Assembly: GCA_964463195.1 (NCBI GenBank)
Contig: CAYXBO010000001.1
Location: forward strand, 1 to 47,060
Direction: 5' to 3'
Source of the DNA: an uncultured Christensenellaceae bacterium
Lineage (GTDB): Bacteria > Bacillota > Clostridia > Christensenellales > DTU072
DNA length: 47,060 bases
In this document: positions 28,001-34,877 of the stretch, piece by piece
Numbering within the stretch: position 1 is the stretch's first letter
Layout of the letters: the number at the start of each line of letters is the position of its first letter
Notes under the pieces: generated by a model
What the model was told of the DNA's origin: nothing
The model's database searches: none
What the model saw: the letters and a program-made list of their open reading frames with translations, nothing else
Position numbers and translations under genes: made by a program

Positions 28001-29535
28001 TTACGGAAGGAGTTTCTCTTGTTATCAGAAATACGGCGGTGGCTGTCGTAAGCTACGTTGCCGTAAGCTATTTCGGAGAACCGCTTGAGCTTGACCTCTG
28101 CGCAGTCATGGCTGACGGCACAGAAAGGGAGCTTTCGGACGGCGACTGGAGATATTCCGAGGGCTCGTGTTTTAACGAGTTCGGCGAAATCGGAGTGGCG
28201 CAGAATTTCAGGGTGGAGCTCACGGAGAGCAGCGGACTTATCAGGAAGGGCGGTTCCGTTTCCTCGCAGATATCCGTTACCCTTGTGGACGGCTTGAAGC
28301 GTATCGAGCTTCTCGCAGATTGTTACAAAAGAGATTACGAATACGGCGACGAGAATTTTGTGCTGAGATATCTTAAGACGGTATACTACAGCGGAAGGAC
28401 GGAGATAATATCTCCGACCGCAGAGGAAATAACCGTTTCGGGCTTCGACTCTACGGTTATAGTTGGTACGGAATACTCCCACACCCAGACCGTAACCGTC
28501 GGATATTCGGACAAAACTGCGGAGGCGGAAATAGAAATAATCAATCCCGTAATGTCGGTGAGGCTTGAAGGACTGCGCTTTGACGGCGAGGCTGACGCGT
28601 ATTTAAAGGATACGGCTTCCGACCGTCCATTTGAGCTGAGACTTGTCTACAAAAACGAAGCCGCCGAAACGGTGGAATGCGGAGTGGACACTCCGGAAAA
28701 CTACGATATCGGAGTTTTGGGACGGCATACGGCGACCTTTAACGTCCGGAAGGAAAACCGGATAATCTGCCGTACGACCGTGACTATTCTTAATTATACC
28801 TCAAACGTAAGACAAGCCTCGCTTGTCGATAACTCGACGGGAGAGGAACCCGAAGTCGTTTCGTTAAGGTACGGAGAAGCGTTGAACCTCGAGAGGTTTT
28901 CGGTACGGTTTTCCACGGGAAACGAAGCATTTTCATTAAGCCTTAACGATAAAGTTGCGAATACTTTAACGAAGAATTATTCCTTAAAGCGCGAAGAGGG
29001 CGGCGCGACCTCGGTAGTATTGGGAGTGCCCGTTTTACGCGACCAGAACGGAAAAGCCGCGTCATTTACCGTTCAGTTAAGCGTTGCGCCTAAAGTGAAC
29101 GAAAGAATACTTGCCGTCTCGTCGCAGGCTTCAGGCGTGGAAATAAAATACGGCAATAAAATCATAGTCCTGCAAAATCAGATGACGGTCGGGGAGTTGA
29201 CGGAGGCTTTGATATCCGATTATCTCCTTGTAAGCTATAAGGGCGGAACGGGCTCTCAGCTTGCGGGCGGATACGCCGGAGTCGGGAAAAACAGAGTTTT
29301 CCATACAGTCGAGCTTAAGAATGCCGAAGGAACGCTCGTCGACGTCTATAAGGTTTGCTTGCTCGGCGACTTTAGCGGGGACGGAAGGGTTTCTTCGGAG
29401 GATATTTCCGTCTTTGCCGAGAGGATACTGGAAAACAGCACGGAGATTTACGACTGCGAGGCGGCGGGCGGCAGTTTAAATCTGAAATCCTTCGTTAACA
29501 TGCTGAAGGCGCAAAAGGAGGGTGAGCAGATATGA
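25063..29535 (+). CDS. M6-type (immune inhibitor A-like) zinc metalloprotease with multiple Ig-like repeats and a C-terminal dockerin-like module (1490 aa)
   Basis: N-terminal signal/anchor KAICFTAVFLTVAVLLIFSPVIFGG. M6-domain hallmarks in order: VYNVVIFISFADS, SLKNYFAAQTAGEKEL, ILWPHKWHM, HETGHVLGAPDYY (HExxH at nt 26059-26073). Big_3-like repeats such as VSGFDSSEKGTVTVVLTY. Last 57 aa: GDFSGDGRVSSEDISVFAERIL plus a degenerate second loop. ATG 25072 is an alternative start. Confidence 0.8.
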   Translation: MNSMDKKPQNRIKAICFTAVFLTVAVLLIFSPVIFGGTGDETIFPKELYTFSEEYTEPDGTVAEVYASGDSDFRYMHDGDGYILTPDGEGYLRYAVNDGGRVEASGLRWNASSLQKSFVDKMTSEDLVREKNPELETLHEYDGDRPAVLAASRKSTVYNVVIFISFADSRLTEADIPTEIRETFSNDWGTYNSLKNYFAAQTAGEKELVNLFSYEDGKIFVYRSPMSRIYYSFTISESTRRKRERELLTAAAAAFNAAEKEDVPEDCLDSDGDGYADAVSFVVLDRPASTQGSILWPHKWHMSSIGASSEVCGVPIGVYSLNFTASHFVTYAHETGHVLGAPDYYASTNNSMPLVAEWDVMSITQRSGSPANMLAYTRKKYLGLEAGVVETVRAGQTVTLKNAADVQGDDLLAVRIPTDAEGVYIYAEYRAKAAAEEFDGGQKSYGLIVYRVNENVGGYGNINAKRITDYSNIEVFVYRKGGADNLSAVYSAALNGKDKTDFNIIGSGTDTPLTVNAQTVLDACFSDVVENGDGTVSFTVSGDGIKSDYDGDFTVKGATASDWTYFARAGERFTVEIGRALPTAQGTVRAFYDYDADALTEISSSGLSKTFEVKEHAAETEPITVRIRDGISSCQMRFAVITDGRSARRAEIKEGTDSAVFLGDGWDAVTAVGIFGGEEKALGEVEPLAFNAWSGAGLRRVYFNIGTELYCYDLTVADRPVYMEPEVEEISLLVGEALPETLSLTVHFASGEERRVAVSDCVVSGFDSSEKGTVTVVLTYRSELGNADNGTVSAELKVSLARPVGMQIVGTETEYDGKSYPTAELISSDGTVNFGRTAVCYYLDYGTETVAVSAVYGESFENDWITVEFVNGAPLESGIYGAAVKVYRRANGRESIVAELENVEFRILKSINKATILIDDSFKQDDESYELYLEDRDNWEIFCLVEYFDGTSETVPLTVGDEDIVSGVPYEFAPEYLGHLTEGVSLVIRNTAVAVVSYVAVSYFGEPLELDLCAVMADGTERELSDGDWRYSEGSCFNEFGEIGVAQNFRVELTESSGLIRKGGSVSSQISVTLVDGLKRIELLADCYKRDYEYGDENFVLRYLKTVYYSGRTEIISPTAEEITVSGFDSTVIVGTEYSHTQTVTVGYSDKTAEAEIEIINPVMSVRLEGLRFDGEADAYLKDTASDRPFELRLVYKNEAAETVECGVDTPENYDIGVLGRHTATFNVRKENRIICRTTVTILNYTSNVRQASLVDNSTGEEPEVVSLRYGEALNLERFSVRFSTGNEAFSLSLNDKVANTLTKNYSLKREEGGATSVVLGVPVLRDQNGKAASFTVQLSVAPKVNERILAVSSQASGVEIKYGNKIIVLQNQMTVGELTEALISDYLLVSYKGGTGSQLAGGYAGVGKNRVFHTVELKNAEGTLVDVYKVCLLGDFSGDGRVSSEDISVFAERILENSTEIYDCEAAGGSLNLKSFVNMLKAQKEGEQI

Positions 29536-30257
29536 AAAAGGCGATTTTGGCGATAATTCTCATACTGTGCGCAGTCGTCGCTCTTTCCGGCTGCACAACG
29601 GTTACCGAAATTGCTCTCGTAGAAAACGGCGTAAAAACCGAATATTCGGTGGACGAGGAGTTCCCGAGAGAGGCGCGGATTTCCGTAAAATACAAAAACG
29701 GCAAAACCGAAACCGTAAATATCCGAGCGTCCGACGTGGAAGGTTTCGACACCGGAATAAGCGGAACGCGCACGATGACGGTAAATTACGGCGGCAAAAG
29801 TCTGCCCGTTGAATATAATGTTAAGGGGCGGGTAAACACCCGCGCAAGGGTTAAGGCGGACGTAGACGTAGGCGACGGGGTCTTGAAAATCACTTTGAGC
29901 CTTAGCGGGCTTGACACTTCGGGCGCTCCGTTGTATGCTATTAAAATAAAGACGGCTTATTCTGCCGACAAGCTGGAATACGTCGGGGCGGTAGCCGCGG
30001 CGGACGGCTGGACGGTGGAGACGGTCGCGACTGCGGGTTCGGTTTCGGCACTGTTTTACAATGCGGACGCCGAAAATCCGATAAACGCCGACTGCAAGTT
30101 TGCGGAAATAACCTTCGGGACGTTATCGCAGGCGGACGGAACGGAATTCTATTTTTCCGGCGGCTCGGCAGGCTATGAGGAAATAGACGTATCCGACGGG
30201 GAAGGAATTTGGTATATGCCCGCGTTCGGTATCGGTTATTATGTGATAGAGGATTGA
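29532..30257 (+). CDS. Lipoprotein with Ig-like domain and cohesin-like domain (241 aa)
   Basis: ATGA overlap with the protease stop. MKKAILAIILILCAVVALSGC = lipobox LSG|C. Big_3-like segment GFDTGISGTRTMTVNYGGKSLPVEYNV. Cohesin-like pattern: VKADVDVGDGVLKITLSLSGLDTSGAPLYAIKIKTAYSADKLEYVGAVAAADGWTVETVATAGSVSALFYNADAENPINADCKFAEITFGTL. Confidence 0.7.
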   Translation: MKKAILAIILILCAVVALSGCTTVTEIALVENGVKTEYSVDEEFPREARISVKYKNGKTETVNIRASDVEGFDTGISGTRTMTVNYGGKSLPVEYNVKGRVNTRARVKADVDVGDGVLKITLSLSGLDTSGAPLYAIKIKTAYSADKLEYVGAVAAADGWTVETVATAGSVSALFYNADAENPINADCKFAEITFGTLSQADGTEFYFSGGSAGYEEIDVSDGEGIWYMPAFGIGYYVIED

Positions 30258-31903
30258 TGGCACTGAAAATTTTAACGCCCGACGAAATGTGGCGCGGTTT
30301 CAAAGAGGACGGTTCCTTTGCCGTTATAGATGAAAAAGTCAGCGTAAAAGCCGATTTTATCACCGAACACCTTCTGACCTTCGTTTCCGAAACGGTAGAC
30401 GACGGCGATATTACCGTGTCCGTCAGGTGCCTTTTGCCGGAAAATTATTCCGCGGTTGCGTTGGTTATCGAGGATTATAAAAAATCTGCCGACGAAGAGT
30501 TTATTGCGGAGCTTTTGAAAAGCGGGCTTGCGGTGGCAATTCCCGATTATTCCGACAGATATAAAAGCGGAACCTCGTTTACTCCTCTCACCGCGTACCT
30601 TGCGGAGGACACCCGCGGCGACAGACTCTACGAGGTCAACGAATCCGCAAAGGACAGCTGCCAGTTCATCTATGCCAAGATGGTGCGGAACACCGCAACC
30701 CTCATCAAGAACAGGTTCGGAGCGGACAAATTCCTGTTCGTTTCCGTAGGAGATTCTGCGGAGGTCGCCGTGACCTGCGCCGCAACGGACAAACGTGCCG
30801 TAGGTCTTCTGATGCTGAACGGGTTCGGATATTACGAGTTTAACGATTTGAACGTTTTCGGAGAAACCAAAGAAGCGGTTTACGACGAAAAGCTTTTGAG
30901 CTGGATGTCCGGAGTTTCCGCGGTCGCGTATACGCAGTACGTCCGCTGTCCCGTGCTTATCGCTGTCGGGACCAACAGCAACCGCTGCGATATGGACAGG
31001 CTGTCCGGCTTTACCTCGCGAATGAACGACGCGACGGTAAGCGTCGTTCTCTCGGCGGGCGCCAAAAAAACCGTCGATTACGACGGGTTTAAAACGGTAA
31101 AGAACTGGATTACGAGAATACTTTCCGGTTTAACTCTTCCGAGAATTCCGGATTCGAGGCTGTTCGTGAGCCGCGACGGCACGGTTTATACAGAGGTTGC
31201 GGTCGACACCTCGGCGATAATCGAAAAGGTGGAGGTTTATTATTCGACAGGGGAGTATAACCGCCGTTTCAGGGGCTGGCGTAAGGCGGCTTGTATGTCC
31301 ATTGCCCACGGAGAATATATGGCGACTATCCCGCTCTGCTCGGAAACCGACCCCGTTTTCGCTTACGCGCAGGTGACCTATATCGACGGAACCACGCTAT
31401 CTTCCTACGTTTCCCATATCGAAGCTAAGGAACAGAAGGTTAAGCCCACGGCGGTGCCGTCGAGGCATATTGTCGTGGAAAGCGGGCGTTCCTTCGACTG
31501 CTTCGCCATTGACAGAACGGCGGATATCGTCGTTTCGGAAGAAAAAATCGCCACTTCAAGCAGCTTAGGGCTCAAAGGGGTTGCGGCAAAAAAGGGCGGG
31601 CTTCTGACCTTCGTCATTGCCGAAGCCGCGAAAACAGCCGACAGCGAGATGCTTCAGATAGACGTTTTCAGCGAGAAGGGAGTAAGCGTCGGCATAGAGC
31701 TGGAAGCCTTGGAGGACGGAGCCGTCGAAACCTATACCGCCTATTGTCAGGTGCTCGGTTCCACTCTCTGTTTTTCTCCGGTAAGACTTACCGCCGTAGA
31801 CTTCAAAAACGCTGACCTTAAACCGCTCGAGGGCTGGCACAACGTCAGAAGTCTCAAGGTTTTAACGCCGACGGTTGCAGTAGGGAATATAATTTTCGTA
31901 TGA
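30257..31903 (+). CDS. Hypothetical cytoplasmic protein (~548 aa), possibly alpha/beta-hydrolase-like N-terminal half plus beta-sandwich-like C-terminal half
   Basis: ORF 30209-31903. Start placed at ATG 30257 (TGATG 1-nt overlap with the upstream stop), giving MALKILTPDEMWRGF. No signal peptide or TM. FLFVSVGDSAEVAV resembles a degenerate nucleophile elbow. The product call is weak. Confidence 0.6.
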   Translation: MALKILTPDEMWRGFKEDGSFAVIDEKVSVKADFITEHLLTFVSETVDDGDITVSVRCLLPENYSAVALVIEDYKKSADEEFIAELLKSGLAVAIPDYSDRYKSGTSFTPLTAYLAEDTRGDRLYEVNESAKDSCQFIYAKMVRNTATLIKNRFGADKFLFVSVGDSAEVAVTCAATDKRAVGLLMLNGFGYYEFNDLNVFGETKEAVYDEKLLSWMSGVSAVAYTQYVRCPVLIAVGTNSNRCDMDRLSGFTSRMNDATVSVVLSAGAKKTVDYDGFKTVKNWITRILSGLTLPRIPDSRLFVSRDGTVYTEVAVDTSAIIEKVEVYYSTGEYNRRFRGWRKAACMSIAHGEYMATIPLCSETDPVFAYAQVTYIDGTTLSSYVSHIEAKEQKVKPTAVPSRHIVVESGRSFDCFAIDRTADIVVSEEKIATSSSLGLKGVAAKKGGLLTFVIAEAAKTADSEMLQIDVFSEKGVSVGIELEALEDGAVETYTAYCQVLGSTLCFSPVRLTAVDFKNADLKPLEGWHNVRSLKVLTPTVAVGNIIFV

Positions 31904-32442
31904 AAGCAAACGTTAAGAACATCCTTATAACCTTACTCGTTTTCGTCATCGTAACCTCGGTGGCGGTTATAGTTACGGGAATTCTGTTCGCCATCGTTCC
32001 GATAAACGGAGAGAGTATGCACCCGACCGTAAGAGACGGGGATTTCGTTTTCATACTGAAGGTTGGGTCGTTCAAAAGGGGCGACGTCGTGGTTATAGAG
32101 AACCCTAACGCGGATGGGAACGCCGAAAGACTCCTGAAAAGGATTATCGCCGTCGAAGGCGATACGGTTGAGACGCGCTTCGTTGACGGTGAGGAAAGGT
32201 ATTTCGTAAACGGCGAAATGCTGGACGAGCCCTACGTGAACAACGGGCAGGAGGCGAAGGGAAGACAGCCTATGATTACCGTTCCCGAGGGGCGCTTTTA
32301 CTACCTCGGCGACAACAGAAGGGTGTCCGCCGACAGCTATTCGTCCTCGGTAAGCGGCTCGAAGCTCGGCTATATGGACCATATCGTCGGAAAAGTGCTT
32401 TTTAAGGGCAATTTCAAGGAGTTCAGTTTTGCCGGAGTTTAA
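31900..32442 (+). CDS. lepB: Type I signal peptidase (S26 family)
   Basis: ATGA overlap with the upstream gene. N-terminal TM. Catalytic Ser box INGESMHPTV, Lys box LLKRIIAVEGDTV and box E YYLGDNRRVSADS, all in canonical order. Confidence 0.85.
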   Translation: MKANVKNILITLLVFVIVTSVAVIVTGILFAIVPINGESMHPTVRDGDFVFILKVGSFKRGDVVVIENPNADGNAERLLKRIIAVEGDTVETRFVDGEERYFVNGEMLDEPYVNNGQEAKGRQPMITVPEGRFYYLGDNRRVSADSYSSSVSGSKLGYMDHIVGKVLFKGNFKEFSFAGV

Positions 32443-32455
32443 TTCGGCTTTTTTC
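32431..32455 (+). terminator. Weak rho-independent terminator after lepB
   Basis: GCCGGA-gtttaa-TTCGGC (6-bp stem with one G.U pair; the loop contains the stop codon), followed by T6. Confidence 0.45.
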
Positions 32456-32503
32456 TACAAAAACAGCTATTTTCAAGCGGATATTTTAATCTAAAATAGG
32501 GCT

Positions 32504-34753
32504 ATGGCTAAATTTAAAAGGCTGGTGCCTTATTTTTTTTACGCCGCGGCGTTGTTTGCTTTTTCGGCGGCGGAATCGACCCTTCCCGTGCGCCCGTTTG
32601 CGCTCGGCTTTTTTCTCGCTCTCGTCTATTCGAGGCAGAACGTCATAATTCTCGCGCCGGTATACGCCGTCGCCGCGATAGTCTTCGATTTGTCCGTCGC
32701 CTCCGCGGTTTACGCAACGGTTCCCGTAGCCGTTGTCGTCGGAGCGTCGTTTTTCCATTATAAGCTCAACCGTCCCATGAATATCGCCGCGCTTAACGCT
32801 TACGTTCTTCTGTCCGCGGCGCCCATGTTCGCGTTTATAAGTCCCACCGTGGAATCCGTCCTTCTGACGTCCGCGACGGTCGTCGGCAACCTGTTCACCG
32901 CAAACGTTGCCGTCATTATGCTTTACGCTGTATCGGTAAGGGGGTTAAGATACAGACTGTCGCCGCAGGAGGTCATGTCGGTCATGCTTTTTGCGGCGGC
33001 TCTTTCCCTCAGCCTCGTAAGAATAAACGTTTTCGGATTTCCGCTTCTGCCGCTCGCGGCAGTTCCCGTAATTGCGCTGTCCCTTTTCGGCGGCGGAATT
33101 TTCCCGCTCGTTTCGGGAGCGGTAATCGGCGCGGGAGCCGCTGTCGGAGCGCTCGATATGGCTTTCGTCGGAGTGTATTTTCTAATGGGGTGCGGCGCTG
33201 CGGCAGGCTTTAAGCATCCCGTTTTCGCCGCTCTCTTTACCTTCGGCGCCTTTTCCGTCGGGCTGTTCCTTCAGGGGCTTATAGAGCAGTATCTCTATCT
33301 CGTTTCGGCTGGAGTGGGCACGGTCGTATATATCGCGTCCTATAAATTCACCTCTCCGTCGCTTGCAGCTGTTGCCGCCGTTCAGAGAAGGGAACAGGGC
33401 GGTCGGTTCCTCATCAACAGAACGAGGCTCGACGTGGCGCAAAAGCTTTCCAATCTGTCGACGGTATTTTCCGATATGGAAAACACTCTTAAGGAGGACG
33501 CGGAGCCGGCAGCTTCTGCGGGAAGCCTGAGAGCCGTGGACGGAGTAAAGCGCGACACCTGCGCAAAATGCGCGCGAAGAACGGAGTGCGAGGCAGCTTT
33601 AGGGGGTGACACTTCCGTGGTCGTAGCTGATTTGGTCGACGCCGCGGAGAGAAGGGGCAAGGCGACTATTCTCGATACCACGCCGTTTCTGTCCTCCCGT
33701 TGCGGCAACATAAATATCATGATTGACAGCGTCAACCGCTGGGTGGAAAGAGTAAGAAACCGTGACGACGCAGAGAGAAAACAGCGCGGAATGGAGGACA
33801 TGCTGTCCCGTCAGATGGGAAGCGTTTCGGGTATTTTAGAAAACCTCAGGCAGGACGTAGAACAGCCGGTGTCTTACGATATGCGCCTTGAAAGAAAGCT
33901 CATTGACGAATTGCAATACAGAGACGTCAGAGCCGTCGAAGCAATAGTATATAAGGAGAAGGACGGGCTCTGCCTGACCCTCATCGTTGCCGCGGGCGAC
34001 GAGAACAAACCTCAGCTTTTGGATACCGTTAATAAAGTATTGGGAGCCCGAATGTGCGAAAACCGACGGGTTCAGACCATTAAGGGTAACGTAACTCTCA
34101 ACTTTATAAAGGAACCCGCGTACTCCGTGGTATACGGCTCCTACGGAGTTCCGAAGGACGGAAAAGTGTCGGGAGACGTATCGGACGCGGTTTCTCTCGG
34201 GAGGGGGAAAGTGATGATAATTCTATCCGACGGAATGGGCAGCGGCAAAAAAGCCAACAGGAATTCCCTGCTTGCCGTCAGAATGATTGAAGGCTTCTAT
34301 AAGGCGGGCTTCAGCCACGAGGCGGTGACGGACGCCGCTTCCGGACTTCTGACCCTCAGGGGCGGAGAGGAGTTCAACGCCGTCGACCTCGCGGTCGTCG
34401 ACCTTGAGACGGCGGAGACCGACTTTATTAAGCTCGGCGGGCGGGAAGGCTATATTTTAACCGGCGGCACCGTCGATGAAGTGCCCTGCGGTTCCCTTCC
34501 GATAGGTATCGTCGAGGACGTAACGCCAAGGATTGTCAGGCGCACGCTTTCCGACGGCGACGTGTTCGTTATGATGTCCGACGGAGTGGCTGATATTATG
34601 GATAACGAGAAGGTTACCGCAATTTTAACCTCGGAAAATTCCTTAAATCCCAACCTTATCGCCAAGGATTTGGTGTCTAACGCCTTGGCTCTCGGCGGTC
34701 ACGAGGACGATATGAGCTGCGTCGTCGGACGCATTTTCCGCCGCGCCGGTTGA
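32504..34753 (+). CDS. spoIIE: Stage II sporulation protein E (PP2C-type phosphatase with polytopic N-terminal membrane domain)
   Basis: About 330 aa of repeated hydrophobic helices, then a PP2C domain with VMIILSDGMGSGKKANRNS, FNAVDLAVVDL, GSLPIGIV and VFVMMSDGVADI, typical of SpoIIE. Confidence 0.85.
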   Translation: MAKFKRLVPYFFYAAALFAFSAAESTLPVRPFALGFFLALVYSRQNVIILAPVYAVAAIVFDLSVASAVYATVPVAVVVGASFFHYKLNRPMNIAALNAYVLLSAAPMFAFISPTVESVLLTSATVVGNLFTANVAVIMLYAVSVRGLRYRLSPQEVMSVMLFAAALSLSLVRINVFGFPLLPLAAVPVIALSLFGGGIFPLVSGAVIGAGAAVGALDMAFVGVYFLMGCGAAAGFKHPVFAALFTFGAFSVGLFLQGLIEQYLYLVSAGVGTVVYIASYKFTSPSLAAVAAVQRREQGGRFLINRTRLDVAQKLSNLSTVFSDMENTLKEDAEPAASAGSLRAVDGVKRDTCAKCARRTECEAALGGDTSVVVADLVDAAERRGKATILDTTPFLSSRCGNINIMIDSVNRWVERVRNRDDAERKQRGMEDMLSRQMGSVSGILENLRQDVEQPVSYDMRLERKLIDELQYRDVRAVEAIVYKEKDGLCLTLIVAAGDENKPQLLDTVNKVLGARMCENRRVQTIKGNVTLNFIKEPAYSVVYGSYGVPKDGKVSGDVSDAVSLGRGKVMIILSDGMGSGKKANRNSLLAVRMIEGFYKAGFSHEAVTDAASGLLTLRGGEEFNAVDLAVVDLETAETDFIKLGGREGYILTGGTVDEVPCGSLPIGIVEDVTPRIVRRTLSDGDVFVMMSDGVADIMDNEKVTAILTSENSLNPNLIAKDLVSNALALGGHEDDMSCVVGRIFRRAG

Positions 34754-34780
34754 TTTCTCTAAATTTTCATGTTAAATCCC

Positions 34781-34809
34781 TTGTATTATTTAGGCAATTA
34801 CTTTATAAT
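34781..34809 (+). promoter_or_regulatory. Candidate SigA-type promoter for the PrsA-like lipoprotein gene
   Basis: TTGTAT (34781-34786) - 17 nt - TATAAT (34804-34809) in the AT-rich spacer after spoIIE. Confidence 0.35.
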
Positions 34810-34877
34810 TACTTATTATAATGTCAATAATATGCTCGTGCGTTATGTGCGCGCGAGGTTCCATAAAGGGAGTGTCT

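Noticed and set aside
32443-32503. Spo0A box and promoter upstream of spoIIE
   Set aside because: Only a one-mismatch TTCTACA resembles a 0A box, and the sole -10-like TAAAAT lies 8 nt from the ATG, which is too close. I cannot support a promoter call here.
32533-32540. T8 homopolymer inside the 5' end of spoIIE as a phase-variation tract
   Set aside because: It encodes FF in a hydrophobic N-terminal region (PYFFYAA) and the reading frame is intact. There is no evidence of slippage from a single sequence.
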